A stretch of 64,000 bases of DNA. Origin: Cyanidioschyzon merolae. Lineage: Eukaryota. Made by a program: the position numbers and the translations under genes. Shown piece after piece: positions 31,061 to 44,206 of the stretch. Under the pieces are notes generated by a model that did not search any database, was not told the origin of the DNA, and was given only the letters and a program-made list of their open reading frames with translations. Location: the NCBI GenBank assembly GCA_000091205.1, contig AP006494.2; one strand, given 5' to 3'. Within the stretch, counting starts at the first letter, position 1. Every line of letters starts with the position of its first letter.

Positions 31061-32913
31061 TCGCCGTCTAGAGCGGACCCTGCCAGCTGGTACATCCGGG
31101 GATGGAGCAAGATAACAGCACGCCTTTTCCGTATCAGCCGGTTCTGTATAAGCAGCGTTGCGAGCTATGTTCCCGTACGTCCTGAAGCGAAAGGCGGCAG
31201 ACGCTGTACATGCCGCGTTTTCGTTGATTCCATATGACGTTGTCTGCACGAGAGCGGCTTCATCCAGGAATCGATTGATTCTTGCGATGCGGTTGCAGGG
31301 GAGCTGGGGCGCGGGCATCGCGCCCCAGCGATATCGACCTGATGCTGGCGCCTGCCTCGGCTCTATGGTTAGCTTCAGCGTCCCGCGCTGGTCTCTTCAC
31401 GGATAACGTTACCGCTACCCGAGCCGGATCGGTTCGACGGATTCAGGCGCTAATCAGAGCAGCGGCTACATTGAAGAGCGCAGCAGCAGAAGCTGCCTGC
31501 CGCAGATGAGAACTGCACACCGGCCGCTGTACGGTTCCGGTCAGGTACGCTTTCCGCTCGAAGGAGACCGAAAACTGGCCTAGCCGGCCAGTCGCGCCGC
31601 TTGTTGCGTTTACTTGCTTCAGCGTGCTTCTTTTCATCAAAGTCTGGATTCGCACCAGGCGCTGAGACGTCTCTGCTTTCGTGCAGTATTGCAAAACGGC
31701 GACACAAGCTGAGATACCTTCCGCTTCTTGCTCGTATTTCATAAGGAAATGCTTGGAATACGACCCGCTCTCGAGTGTATGTGCGCGAAACGAGCACCCG
31801 CTGCGTCCGGGCATTGTTGTTGCATATCTGCAGCTTCGGTTGCAAGGAAAACGAAAGCAACGGATGCGGACGCTGTTTGTGCTTACTACGATGCGGATCC
31901 TGCACCAGCTTGTGCTCAAGCTTTGGACTGGACGCATCCATTTGCTCTGCGAGAACGCGCTGAAGGTTTTGCTGCACGTGAGCGTTCATTCGCAGGTGGA
32001 AGCTCGGGCTTCTGATCGGTATCAGGAACGCAGTCTCAGGGAGACACGGCTCACACGTTGACATTGGACTGTACGTGGCGTTCCGCGTACCGCCAGACAG
32101 ATGCGTTATCATGTAGTAGCGGGTGTGTGTGTGTATGTGTGCGTCCAACAAAAACGATCACCGAGTCAAGCGTCGTGGTATTCACGTGTCGAAGCCGTGT
32201 TACGGCCGCTTCTAGTCAGCCGGATGCATGGCAAGCATCACGTTACAGGCTTGCTATATACAGCATTCTGAGCCGATTCAGTTTGAACCTTTCATATCGA
32301 AACGATCGAATTTGTGTCGGGATATAAGACACAACGGTCATGAAAAATCATATGTGTTTCCGCTTCAGCACCTCGCTTGAAAGTAAAAAATCAGTGTCCA
32401 TAAAATCCTGCGATCGTCTCGATGATGATACTGAGGATGGTGTCACAGCGACCGCAACGCAGTCGGAGACAATGCAACTAGACGACTGTGCTGGGAGCAT
32501 GCCAGCTGCAGTTTCGAGATGCGCACATGCAGTCGTCAGTTTCGCTTATGCTTGTATCAAACGAGTCTTTCTGCAAAAATGACGATGCATACACTCGTGT
32601 GACCAGAAATGCATCTATTGCCGAGCGTGGCTTCAAGAATCATCCTGTGTGCAGGCGTTGCTCGGCATTCGAGGCAAGTCATCGATGCAGAATCCGCTGG
32701 TAGTTTGCGGAGTCAGTTAGACTAGGACGTCCCTCTTACAGAGCACTGATTTTCGTGCTTGCAATGGAGTGAATAGTGTGCTGTTCCATCCAAGTGTGTG
32801 GTACAGTAGAGCACTGAATCCGAGAAAAGCTCACGAAGAACTTTCTTGGACTCGCCGACACCTCCCCGAGTGCGTCTCTCAAACGCCAAGTGGTCGTGTT
32901 TCTACCTGCTTCT

Positions 32914-32947
32914 CTGTGTGTGTGTGTATGTGTGTGTGCGTTCGTGC
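32914..32947. repeat. (TG)n microsatellite; a similar (TG)n tract lies at 32123-32150
   Basis: ctctgtgtgtgtgtgtatgtgtgtgtgcg. Confidence 0.8.
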
Positions 32948-33443
32948 GTGACTGCTGACTCTTGTACCTACACCACGACTTGTTGAGCTCCGTGCTTCCT
33001 GAACTACGTTCTCTTCTGGATCAGATTGCGGTGACTGTGGGAAAATAGGTGTCAGGAACTGGAACTAGGACCTATTCTTTTCCAGCGTTATTCTTTAGTG
33101 CCAGTCTCTAACGACGGGATTGTTCGGCGACCTGGAATTCTCTCTAATGGGTCACTTTGGACATAAGTAGGTCCCTGTTTAGCTTTGCTGCGTACTAGAC
33201 GTCACAGGGTGTGAAAGACGCTCGCAATCACTGAATCCAAGGGAGTTGTCTCTCATATAACAACGAACAAATCGCAAACGACTTGGGGTGCGTTACCCAG
33301 ACCCGGAATCCACCGGTCAGCGACCTGAAGAACACACACACACACCTACGTCACCTGATCACCAGAGCCCTGCGCTGACCTTTCGGCTTGACGGACACGA
33401 CTCGCAGTCACCGTTTCCTCTGTCCGTCATCGGGGCTAGCGGG

Positions 33444-34877
33444 ATGTCGCACGAACTTGTCCACGCTGGACGCCGGGTTGTCGTGACCGGTATCGGCATG
33501 GTGTCGCCATTGGGCCTGTGTACCCGCATGTGCTGGGACGCACTTTTCCGCGGCCAAAGTGGCGTCCAACGGATCAGTGTTTTTGACCCCACCGGGCTGC
33601 CGGTGCAAATCGCAGCCCAAGTCGATCGTGCCGGCGTACTCGAACGACTTGAGTCGCAGGTATTCGCATCGAAAACAACGAGCACAGCGATAGCAACTGG
33701 TCTGCATGAGCGCAAACTGACCCCCGCGGATATTTTACGAGCACCGCTCAGTATCCAGTACGCCGTTCTCGCAGCACATGAGGCGATCCAAGATGCTGCG
33801 CTTTCGCCAGCGACGCTGAACGCAACCGACTCGGGCGTCGTTATCGGTGCAGGTATGGTATCCCTGAGCGATCTGGTTGAGAGCGTGAACCGTCACCAGT
33901 CGGGTCGACACCTGTCACCGCATTTCGTGCCTCGCATCCTGCTGAACGCAGCCGCCGGTTACGTGGCGTTATGGTTTGGTCTGAAGGGTCCCAGTCTATC
34001 ACCGAGCACTGCTTGTGCTGCGGGTGCACATGCTATCGGTGACGCGTACCGACTCATTCAACGAGGCGATGCGACAGTGTGTATCGCCGGCGGAACAGAG
34101 GCATGTATTCACGAGTTGGCATTGTTGGGGTTTTCCAGGGCCCGGGCACTTACCACCCAGTTTGCAGATGAGCCCGAGCAGTCCAGTCGTCCATTTGATC
34201 GTCGACGTTCGGGTTTCGTGCTCGGCGAAGGCGCCTGTGTACTTGTTCTGGAGGATCTGGAACACGCTCGTACACGAAGACAAGCCCAGCCGCACACGAC
34301 CTATGGCGAACTCGTTGGATACGGCCTGAGCAGCGACGCGTACCATGTGACAGCACCTCATCCGGAAGGCATTGGCGCCCAGCGATGTATGGAAATGGCC
34401 CTCCGGGGTATTCCTCGGTCAGCCGTCGGGTACGTGAACGCGCATGCAACGTCGACGCCGTTGGGTGACGCCGTCGAAGCCAAAGCGATTGGGCGAGTTT
34501 TCGGCGCAGAGGAGCCGGCTCCAGTCGTGACGTCGACAAAAGGCGCCACTGGGCATTTACTCGGAGCAGCGGGCGCTCTCGAGGCTGCCTTCACGTTACT
34601 GGCGGTGCATCACCAGTGCGTACCCGGAACGTTGAACCTGCACGACATTGACGTGGGCCTGGAGATGTCGGCCACCACGGACACCACCACCGCTGGCTTG
34701 CGCTTCATTGGGCATCATGCGCATTATTACTGGCCCGAGAGCAGTCCGCTTCGAATCGCACTAAGCAACTCGTTCGGATTCTACGGGACAAATACCTGCC
34801 TCGCCTTTCAGCGGTTGCCGTCCGATGAGTCGAGATCGGGAAATGGATCATTCCAGGGGGATGGCGTATCGACCTAG
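33444..34877 (+). CDS. 3-oxoacyl-[acyl-carrier-protein] synthase II (KAS II/FabF-type, mitochondrial OXSM-like)
   Basis: VVVTGIGMVSPLG, the active-site Cys block PSTACAAGAHAIGDAYRLI, and the His blocks NAHATSTPLGD and TKGATGHLLGAAG. The listed start 33288 is GTG; the first ATG is 33444 (MSHELVHAGRRVVVTG). Confidence 0.85.
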   Translation: MSHELVHAGRRVVVTGIGMVSPLGLCTRMCWDALFRGQSGVQRISVFDPTGLPVQIAAQVDRAGVLERLESQVFASKTTSTAIATGLHERKLTPADILRAPLSIQYAVLAAHEAIQDAALSPATLNATDSGVVIGAGMVSLSDLVESVNRHQSGRHLSPHFVPRILLNAAAGYVALWFGLKGPSLSPSTACAAGAHAIGDAYRLIQRGDATVCIAGGTEACIHELALLGFSRARALTTQFADEPEQSSRPFDRRRSGFVLGEGACVLVLEDLEHARTRRQAQPHTTYGELVGYGLSSDAYHVTAPHPEGIGAQRCMEMALRGIPRSAVGYVNAHATSTPLGDAVEAKAIGRVFGAEEPAPVVTSTKGATGHLLGAAGALEAAFTLLAVHHQCVPGTLNLHDIDVGLEMSATTDTTTAGLRFIGHHAHYYWPESSPLRIALSNSFGFYGTNTCLAFQRLPSDESRSGNGSFQGDGVST

Positions 34878-34885
34878 TGCGCAGA

Positions 34886-34940
34886 TACACAAACACACAC
34901 ACACACATACATACACAGTAAGAGAGAGAGAGATAGAGCG
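34886..34940. repeat. (CA)n/(GA)n compound microsatellite just 3' of the KAS stop
   Basis: acacaaacacacacacacacatacatacacagtaagagagagagagatagag. Confidence 0.8.
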
Positions 34941-35657
34941 AGACGATATGAACATGGCGACATCGCGGTCCACGGGGTTCGTCCACGAGACCCAGTGCGT
35001 CCACGGGCACCTCGAGCAGGTGTTTCACGCTCACTTGCAGGCAGCGAGTCGTCAGACGATATCGTGTTTGTCTAGCGCATGGCGACGCTGGTCACCTGGT
35101 GCTTGCACCATTTTCACAGCATGTGTAGGCACGTGCCCGGCACGTGATTGACGACCTTCCCATCAGGCAGCACGCCGCGGATAGGACAAGGTCGGGATCG
35201 CCGGCGATGCCCAGTGCCCAAGTACTTCTTGATGATGGCGCCTGCTGGACCTCTGGGCCGCAAACGACACACCGTATGGAATCCATGGTCCATTTAGTTG
35301 TTTGTTCGTATGATCCGTTGCCGAGACGTCTTTAGCCAACTGCCGCTCGAGCGCAAACAGCTTCGAATCTCTGCAGCGCCTTTCCATGAACCAGCTCTGA
35401 ATGGACGCAAAAAGCGATGCCGAGTGACGTTGCGGTGCCCGTTGCCACCGGGAAGACGCACTCGCCCCAGATAAACGCTAGCGCTGGTGAGCGTGCTTCC
35501 ACCGCACCAGGCTCTGATCCAGGCGCTTCATCTCGCAGAAAACTCGTGGCAGCGGCTTGGCTAGCGCACGCGTGCACGTGAGTCAGCCGCAGTACCCGAA
35601 TGCGGGCGTGGAAAGACGTCCGAGCAGACGCGAGCGCATCGACAAGCGGGCATATCG

Positions 35658-38600
35658 CTAGCTCTCAGCGCTGTGCTCGCTCACATGCGACCTGTCAGCA
35701 CCGGAGCTGGCCTTGTCGTTTGCGAGCATACTCCTGACGGTTCGTTCAAGTTCGGCGAGCTCCGCCTGCCATACACTGCGTGGCGTTGCCGCGCGCGACG
35801 CCTCCCAACGCGCTCGCCAGTGACGTGTCTCGTCGCGTGTCCGCTGGGCCTCCTCTCGAGTCAGGAGGCGGACTGGTGTGGCGAGAAGCGCCTCCAGAGA
35901 GCCCGTAGCCTCGTCGGGTGATATGCCCAACGAGATCATATCTCGCTGGACTTGGTTTAGCGAGCGGCCAAACAGCTCCAGCTTGCCGCTCACCACCAGT
36001 TCCACGAATGCGAGCCTTTTCTGTGCACTGGCGAATTTTCGCTCCAGTTCCTGGCATTCGCGTTCGAGTCTCTTCTGGTATAAACGCTCTCGCTCTATCA
36101 TGAAATCTTCCAAGATTGACAGTGGGGTTTCATACTTACGAATGCGGCCTCTGGCATCAAACAGATGCATATTGGTGCAGGATATGGTGCTCTCGAGGCG
36201 CAAGTGTCGCCAGAGACCCTCACCGCGTTCTTCGAGGCGCTGGGCGTTCGCACGCGTCATGACCAACTCGAAACATATGTTCTCGTCGGTGTGGTACTCG
36301 CGGAATCCTTTGAGAACACCCGCTTCCGTGAGTTCATGGAGAAACGCCTTGTACGATTCAGTCCAGCGTCCTATTGGGAGCTCACGAACACGGAAGGTCG
36401 TGCTGGACAAACGTTCGACGCACCCACGGCTCACGAATACGAGCTCACTCTGGGCAATGATTTGGCCACGGAAACGTCGATACCACGGTTTCAGCGGCTT
36501 TGGTGATCTCCCTTGCAGCAGACACCGAACATTGTGGATGATATCCAGCGGGTGAAAGGGGGGTAGCGTCGTCGACCAGCCGGTACCGACCCCGTCGATG
36601 CCGTTCACGAGTGCCATTGGAATGATTGGCACAAAGTACTCGGGCTCGATCTGCTGGCCGTCGTCTTCGCAGTATGTCAAGAGCGGATCGTCCGAAGCGG
36701 GAAAAATCTTGCGTGTCACTGGCGACAAGCAAGTGTAGATATATCGGGCGGAGGCGGCATCCTTGCCACCGAGCAGACGAGTGCCAAACTGCCCGAGCGG
36801 CTGCAGCAGGGGAAGGTTGTTCGCTCCGCAGAAATCCTGAGCCATACGCACAATGGTGCTGTGCAGCGACTCTTCACCATGGTGGTAGGCAGTCTGCTCG
36901 GCTACGTAGCCCGCAAGTTGGGCAACTTTCATGTCACGCACGAGGCCCCTTTTCAAGCACGCGTAGAGTACCTTGCGCTGCGCCGGCTTCAAGCCATCGA
37001 TCGCTGACGGAATGCTACGCACGTTATTGGCATAGGAATAGAGCGCCAGTTCCCGGTTGACAAAAGTCGCCAGCGATACGCCTGCGTCTGATGATGCGTT
37101 CGTCTCAAGGGGTGCGTCTCCAGCGTCACGTGGCGTTGCCGTGTCGAGCTCGGCAAGCCAGCGCTTGCGTTCTTCCGCCCGTGATCGGTTGAATGCCAAG
37201 TCGAGTTGATGGCGGTCACCGGGAGCAACTGGAGCGAAGCGGATGCGATGACGCTCGAGATCCCGGAAATAGGCCTTGCCCTCGGCACTGGTCGACGTGC
37301 CCAAACCCTTGTAGTATTTGATCAGCCAATGGTGATGCCGTTGCGAGGCGGGAAGCTGCTCCCACCACTCACGAAATGCGGTGATCGTGAAAAAACTCTG
37401 GACTGCGCCACCGTGTTTGGCAGCGGCCTTGACGATCGGTGTCATGAATGCCTCTAAAAAATCGCCGCCTTCGAGTAGACTGGGCCAAAAAAAGTCGAAC
37501 AAGTTCATAATGAGACCCTTGATATGGCTTCCGTCGTGGTCTTGGTCGGTCATGAGCATCACGTGTCCGTAGCGTAGGGCCTTGCGGGATTCAGGGGTCG
37601 AGTAGTCTCGATCAAACTCCAATCCTAGAATGATGCGCAAGTTATTAACTTCCTCATTTTGAGCTAGTTGTCTCGGATGACAGTCCCGCACATTCAGGAG
37701 CTTACCCCTCAACGGGAAGACACCATAGTAGTCTCGTCCAACGACGCTGAGACCGGCCATAGCGAGCGCCTTCGCCGAGTCGCCTTCCGTAAGGATCAGG
37801 GTACAGCGTGAGGAGTCGGGACCACCCGCGGCGTTCGCGTCTTCCAGTTTCGGAATGGCAAGGCGACGGAGTGCTCCGGTGCCTCGTGATGCCGAAGCAA
37901 CCAGTGCTGATACTGGGCGGGAGCCACGTACCTCTGCAGCTAGCCGTTCCTCAGCAGCGGCGAGGATGCGCTCCATAAGTTTCGTCTGTTCAAGCGCGTC
38001 GTTCAATTCGTTTTCCGTTGGAAACTGCTCCGGCAGTGTGGCAAGTAGGTCTCGTTGGCGGCTCGTGAGCATTTCCTTACTTTGCGATTCAAAAGCTGGT
38101 CGGTTCACGAGGCAGTTCACGAAGAGCAAGAGCTGGGATCGAACCAGAGACGGAGTCAGCACACAGCGAAGCGACTTGTAACGAGCAGCTATCCGGTCTG
38201 CGATGCGACGGCAGAGCAGCTCCTGAATACACTGCACGTGACTGCCGCCTTGGAACGTGGCGATTCCGTTCACGAAGGACACCATCGGTGCTGCCTGCTC
38301 CGCCTGAGTGAGTGCCCGCAGACCGATTTCCCAGTGAGCGTTTGGTTGGAGAATGATCGACGGCTCTGCATCCGTCCCGTGCCGCTGTACGTACTCAGCG
38401 AATCCATTCAGGGCAAGTGGAGTACCATTCAAGCGAACCCGAACGTTAGGCAGGATGCCAGCAGCATCGAAGGCCCGTCTCGCCATGAGCATGAGCGTGT
38501 CTCGATCGCCACAGCGGTCGAGACCGAAGCGTTCCAGGTCGGGTTCGAACTCGATCTCAGTATACGGATGCTGGGCAATCGCTGGTGAAACAGCTTCGAT

Positions 38601-39260
38601 TTCTGGTGCGGAACACGTGCTCATATTGTTTTGCCAAACCTGGCGGTATCGCAGACACCGCTGCTCGTCGATGGTCTCTACAGCGAATCGCTTGGACATG
38701 ATGTTGGTCAGCTTGGCTCCGTAGCCGTGACGACCTCCCGTCAGACGCACCGAAGCATCCGTGTCATCAAAGTTCGAGCCGGTGAGCAGGTGTCCAAAGA
38801 TCAGCTCTGGTACGTACAAGTGTTCCCGTGGGTGCATGGCAACCGGAATACCTCGTCCCGTATTCCGGATACGCAGTGTTCGCTTCGAAGTCGATGCGGA
38901 GTCTTCTAGAGGCAGCCAAATATCGATGGCATCGGTGTGGGGATCACGGCGGGCGTTGTCTATGGCGTTCACAAGAATCTCGTCGAAGATTTTGTACAGT
39001 GCAGGCGAATAATGCACTTGGCGGAGGGTGATGCGTCCTTCATGGATGACTTGCTCGACAGTTGCAGAAGTTGCAGGAATGCTCCACAGGCGGCGCTCGA
39101 TTCTCTCGACCGGTCCAAGGTAGACCTCTGGCCGTTTAAGCACATGCTCACGCGGGGTTAAGCGTTGGTATGTTGCTTCGATGAGTGTAGAAAAGCGCTG
39201 CTTTCGCAGATGCGGCTGCACAAGGCGCTCTACGAGCCGAATATCGCCTAGTGAGCGCAT
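35658..39260 (-). CDS. TOP2: DNA topoisomerase II
   Basis: GHKL ATPase block IFDEILVNAIDN, TOPRIM block LILTEGDSAKALA, and the WHD with the active-site region YHHGEESLHSTIVRMAQDFCGANNLPLLQPLGQFGTRLLGGKDAASARYIYT. The listed start 39584 is TTG; the first ATG is at 39258-39260 (MRSLGDIRLV...YQRLTPREHVLKRPEVYLG). Confidence 0.9.
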   Translation of the reverse strand: MRSLGDIRLVERLVQPHLRKQRFSTLIEATYQRLTPREHVLKRPEVYLGPVERIERRLWSIPATSATVEQVIHEGRITLRQVHYSPALYKIFDEILVNAIDNARRDPHTDAIDIWLPLEDSASTSKRTLRIRNTGRGIPVAMHPREHLYVPELIFGHLLTGSNFDDTDASVRLTGGRHGYGAKLTNIMSKRFAVETIDEQRCLRYRQVWQNNMSTCSAPEIEAVSPAIAQHPYTEIEFEPDLERFGLDRCGDRDTLMLMARRAFDAAGILPNVRVRLNGTPLALNGFAEYVQRHGTDAEPSIILQPNAHWEIGLRALTQAEQAAPMVSFVNGIATFQGGSHVQCIQELLCRRIADRIAARYKSLRCVLTPSLVRSQLLLFVNCLVNRPAFESQSKEMLTSRQRDLLATLPEQFPTENELNDALEQTKLMERILAAAEERLAAEVRGSRPVSALVASASRGTGALRRLAIPKLEDANAAGGPDSSRCTLILTEGDSAKALAMAGLSVVGRDYYGVFPLRGKLLNVRDCHPRQLAQNEEVNNLRIILGLEFDRDYSTPESRKALRYGHVMLMTDQDHDGSHIKGLIMNLFDFFWPSLLEGGDFLEAFMTPIVKAAAKHGGAVQSFFTITAFREWWEQLPASQRHHHWLIKYYKGLGTSTSAEGKAYFRDLERHRIRFAPVAPGDRHQLDLAFNRSRAEERKRWLAELDTATPRDAGDAPLETNASSDAGVSLATFVNRELALYSYANNVRSIPSAIDGLKPAQRKVLYACLKRGLVRDMKVAQLAGYVAEQTAYHHGEESLHSTIVRMAQDFCGANNLPLLQPLGQFGTRLLGGKDAASARYIYTCLSPVTRKIFPASDDPLLTYCEDDGQQIEPEYFVPIIPMALVNGIDGVGTGWSTTLPPFHPLDIIHNVRCLLQGRSPKPLKPWYRRFRGQIIAQSELVFVSRGCVERLSSTTFRVRELPIGRWTESYKAFLHELTEAGVLKGFREYHTDENICFELVMTRANAQRLEERGEGLWRHLRLESTISCTNMHLFDARGRIRKYETPLSILEDFMIERERLYQKRLERECQELERKFASAQKRLAFVELVVSGKLELFGRSLNQVQRDMISLGISPDEATGSLEALLATPVRLLTREEAQRTRDETRHWRARWEASRAATPRSVWQAELAELERTVRSMLANDKASSGADRSHVSEHSAES

Positions 39261-39977
39261 AGCGTTCGCTGAGGTACCCACAGCAGCGCGTGGATGTTCG
39301 CGCTGAGCTGCAACACTTGTGTCGAACGAGCTGCAAACCAGGTTCAGTGAGCTCTGCTTGTAGATTGGTCTTAGAGCGCAACCCCAGTTGTACGTGTAAT
39401 GCACCAGATGGAAACAGGGTGCAGTTGTGTAAAGAGCTTGTCCGCAAAGCCTCAAATAAACGAAAGAGATCAACTGAATGAACTGCAAGAAAGGCACGTG
39501 GAGAGCGTCCAAGGTACTAGGAGCGTAGATCGCGCGAGTGAGCTCCAGCTGCTCTCTTAGCACTGCCCCAAGTCCGATGGCCAAAGTAGATCAACTAAAT
39601 AAACAACTAGAAGGGCACACGGGAAGCGTCCAAGGTACTCGGATCGTAGATCTTATGAGCGAGCTCCAGCTGCTTCCGCGGACAACCATGCGTTGCGGAG
39701 GGCCCCACAGCCAAGACGGATCACCTAAAATAGCAGATACCACCTACTCTACGTCACGTGTGGCTTTTCGAGGGTCACTCCAGCTACGGCTTTTCGACAG
39801 CGAGCTTACTAAACGGACCAAGTAAAAAACCCATTTGAGGAGCTACATGGTTCCGCATGAGCGACTGCATTCGCGACCGGGGCCCTTGCTGGTTATGTGC
39901 TCCATCTGCATAGACCGGCGTTCTGCTTAGGCGCCGTTCAACTAGTAGAAAGCGCTACAGGGCGTGTATGGCTTCCA

Positions 39978-40280
39978 AAACGAACGCTTGTTTGCGTCGC
40001 GGAAGCCGTGTAACTCACCCCGGTTTGTTTTTCGTGAGCATCAGGTGGCGGCCTGGTGCCTAGCAAGCAGCGTTGGTACCACGAACGCTTGTTTGCGTCG
40101 CGGAAGCCGTGTAACTCACCCCGGTTTGTTTTTCGTGAGCATCAGGTGGCGGCCTGGTGCCTAGCAAGCAGCGTTGGTACCACGAACGCTTGTTTGCGTC
40201 ACGGAAGCCGTGTAACTCACCCCGGTTTGTTTTTCGTGAGCATCAGGTGGCGGCCTGGTGCCTAGCAAGCAGCGTTGGTA
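39978..40280. repeat. Tandem array, 101-bp unit x3, upstream of TOP2; two further diverged direct repeats of about 100 bp lie at 39470-39690
   Basis: cgaacgcttgtttgcgtcgcggaagccgtgtaactcaccccggtttgtttttcgtgagcatcaggtggcggcctggtgcctagcaagcagcgttggtacca recurs at 39981, 40082 and 40183. Confidence 0.85.
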
Positions 40281-42668
40281 CCGACGATGCATATCGTAGC
40301 GCGTTTTACACGTGCTGTGCTCTGATAGCACTCGCGAAAACATGCTGTCGACGAGAACTCGGCAAACCAAGGCCTCCCGGTGGATACCGCGTGCGTCACA
40401 GAAACATGTCGCAAAAGAATATGTGCTACAGAGGCATCGTCGGAGCAAGCTAACATCCATTCGTGGACACGACGTTGTGATGTCCTCAAAGACAATGGAT
40501 ACTTCGATCAGGGAGTACCTGGAGGCGCTACGATGCGGTATATACCTCGCTGCATGCGTCACTGGGGGGCGCCTTGGAACGTCACAGCACTGCTGGCGAC
40601 TGGTGCAAACACGACCGCCTCCTGTGTGCGTGTTTGTTTGTGGTGGCTTCCATATCATCTAGCTTCGTTTCGTGCTTGAGCCGGAGAGCCCAGACGAAAG
40701 CGTTTGCTCCTGGATGTGGCCCCAGACTAAGAGGCAGACGCGAATCTCGGCAGACGCTGGCCCCTGCATCTCCATTTGGAGCGCCTGCTGGTACCAGCGT
40801 AGGAGCAAGTCCTTGCACCATGTTGCGGGCACAATTGCTCAACGTCGGTATCGGAGCATGCCGCACAGCTACCTCGTGCCGATACCTTTCAGGTCAATAA
40901 AGCGAAGCCTTCCACCTCGGTGGGGCAGCTGAGGAAGCCAGTCGGAGGTCGTCGCAAGCGGCGATGACGACGACAACTGTGCCGCCAGTCACTTGGCATC
41001 CACCTTGCTACTGAATTCAGCATCTATTCCCTCCAGGACGTTGACTCTGGGACTCCCTGAAATATAGCAGTATCGATGGGAGAACGATGGCCTGTTCGCT
41101 GCATACACGCAGCAATGACGAACGCGGAAGTATCGGATTAATGAGAAGGATCTCCAGTCATGGAGGAATAGACACGGCGGGAATCGTACGACGCTCGGAA
41201 GCAGGCTTATGAGCCGCTGTGGGTCCAGAGCGTCGCTACCCTCTTGAGAACGTAAAATGGAGCACTGAATCGTTTGCTATGTACCTGAATGTCGAATGCT
41301 TTCCGAGCTCGTTTTATATATACGGCCTCGACACTTGATACGCAGGAGGAAGAAGCGCTTACGCATTCAAACACAGATATAGGATCTTCTTCCGTGTTTT
41401 CGTGGTGACTCCATTGACTCGTGGACGCTGGGATTCCTTAAGTTACTGGAATCAAGATCATGCATGACGCAATAGAGCAACGACACATAGAGTAAACGAT
41501 GTCATTATCCAATTTATACTTTGAATCCTTTAGGCTTCAATCTTTCGTCACGAACAGCATGTTCAAATCACGCATAATGCAACTGCTCTATTTTTTGGTT
41601 CAAGATAAGTTGTGAGCGCGGCAATCCGCTTCGGTGGACTGATGAGAAAAAAGCACGACGTTGTCGCTTTCCTAGATGTTTACAAGCTCGCTCCAATAGC
41701 TCACTGAAATCTTTACGCCCAACGATAACCCATGGCGTTCCAAAGACCAATCCTCCGCTTTTTGTTGCCATCGAAGAAACAGCATTCGGTAGCGGCATGG
41801 TGCCGCTTACGGCATATGCCTCCAGAGGCTCCCATCGCTTCTATAGGCATTGAAAAACTGTCTTGGTTATGGGCTCACCCTTTTACTCACCAAAGTGGTT
41901 GCTTGCATTTGAGTCGACGTCGCCGCTTTGCACGGAGCATTCGTAGACGGATCTGGACTTTTCGATTTGTACCGCAGACTGGATTATCCTCTTGATACTT
42001 GCTACATCAAGGACAGCCTCTTTTCCACACACACTTTACTAAATAAAAAGCCTTTCCTTGCGCGTGCAGCAGACAGCGTCTTCGCCTAGTTCATCGTTCA
42101 GAAGAAAAACCCCGGATCGTGGGGTACTGCACCAAGCGTGGAAACGGAGAAGGGTATCCAACGGAGCCGTCTGTCCGGCCAAGGGCATATACAGCGAAGT
42201 GAAATAAGCATTCAGGCGCTTTAGGGCGTCTCTCGGAGAACGGCTGGTGATGGATCTATATGGTTACCCCTTACCAGCGTCAAGTTTCACCGCTTCACAG
42301 CGCACACGCGGGCTGTTTATAAAGAAGATGAAAAGCGAAGTGAAATGCGTCGATCACTGTAGTCGCCTGTGCACAAAACACTTGAACAACAACAGCAGGC
42401 AGCGAGATCGGCTCTTGAACGCTGTTATCAGCATCCTTCGTCTGCTAACACAAGAATAGACCAGAAAACAGAGATCGACCTATGGATAGCCAGAGATATG
42501 AGAGAAGCAACCCCCAGCAATCTCGTAAAAGCACGCAAAGACTCACTTCGGTAAAATCAGCAAAAGACACAAGCCTTGTCCTCTGAACATCAGCGTTCAT
42601 TTGCTGCACCAGGTGCAGCCGCTACCCAAGTAGCTCATGAACATTACCATCATCATGATCATCACCAT

Positions 42669-43046
<378 letters not shown>

Positions 43047-43195
43047 CCGCCGTAGAGCGCGCCTGGCGATCGACCGCCGCGCTGTTCGCGCGCCGCCAGC
43101 CACGTCGTGCGGCGTACATAAGCCGCTCAACAGCTGCTGGTCTGGAAGCGCGCTACACGCCTGAAGTTGCAGCGCTCGTGGGCACATTCGCCACC

Positions 43196-44206
43196 ATGTC
43201 GTTAGCACACGTGGAACCCATGAGTGAAGTTGTTACTTCTAAAGAGCCAGGACCTATTGGCCTTGTCCCGAGCTCGGAGGCGAGTCACACATACGATTTG
43301 GACGCTTGGATATCGCAGTTGCTTTCGGAGAACTCGCGGCCCCTGAGTGAGGAACAAGTCAAGTGGTTGTGCGACCGAGCGCGAGAGATTTTTGTCGAAG
43401 AATCGAATGTTCAGCTGGTAACCTGCCCAGTCACTGTTTGTGGGGATATTCATGGACAGTTTCACGACCTGCTGGAGCTGTTCAAAATCGGGGGCAAGTG
43501 CCCCGACACCAACTACTTGTTCATGGGCGACTACGTTGACCGCGGCTATTACTCAGTCGAGACCGTAACAGCGCTCATATGTCTCAAATTGCGGTACCCG
43601 CAGAGGGTGACTATACTGCGCGGAAACCATGAGTCGCGACAGATCACGCAGGTTTACGGCTTCTACGACGAGTGTCTGCGAAAGTACGGGAACGCAAACG
43701 TCTGGAAATACTTCACGGACTTGTTCGATTACATGCCGCTCACCGCTATTATTGAAAATCAAATATTCTGCTTGCATGGTGGTCTATCGCCGTCGATTGA
43801 CACACTCGATCAGATTCGGAGTCTCGATCGTATGCAGGAGGTTCCGCACGAGGGCCCCATGTGTGACCTGTTGTGGTCGGATCCCGACGATCGCTGTGGT
43901 TGGGGCATCAGCCCCCGCGGCGCCGGTTATACCTTTGGCCAAGATATTTCCGAGCAATTTAACAGAACGAATGGGTTGAGCCTCATTGCGCGGGCGCACC
44001 AGCTGGTCATGGAAGGCTACAACTGGTGCCACGATCGCAATGTCGTCACGATATTTAGTGCACCCAACTACTGCTATCGGTGCGGAAATCAGGCCGCCAT
44101 CATGGAGCTTGACGAAAATGAGAAGTATACGTTCTTGCAATTCGATCCAGCACCGCGACGTGGCGAGCCGCACGTAACCCGGCGTACTCCCGACTACTTT
44201 CTGTGA
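43196..44206 (+). CDS. Serine/threonine protein phosphatase 2A catalytic subunit
   Basis: [27 protein letters not shown], and the C-terminal RRTPDYFL with the TPDYFL tail diagnostic of PP2Ac. The listed start 43178 is GTG; the first ATG is 43196. Confidence 0.95.
   Translation: MSLAHVEPMSEVVTSKEPGPIGLVPSSEASHTYDLDAWISQLLSENSRPLSEEQVKWLCDRAREIFVEESNVQLVTCPVTVCGDIHGQFHDLLELFKIGGKCPDTNYLFMGDYVDRGYYSVETVTALICLKLRYPQRVTILRGNHESRQITQVYGFYDECLRKYGNANVWKYFTDLFDYMPLTAIIENQIFCLHGGLSPSIDTLDQIRSLDRMQEVPHEGPMCDLLWSDPDDRCGWGISPRGAGYTFGQDISEQFNRTNGLSLIARAHQLVMEGYNWCHDRNVVTIFSAPNYCYRCGNQAAIMELDENEKYTFLQFDPAPRRGEPHVTRRTPDYFL

Noticed and set aside
39964-40453. Three overlapping ORFs sharing ERLFASRKPCNSPRFVFREHQVAAWCLASSVGTTNACLR
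   Set aside because: They are products of the 101-bp x3 tandem repeat upstream of TOP2, not independent genes.
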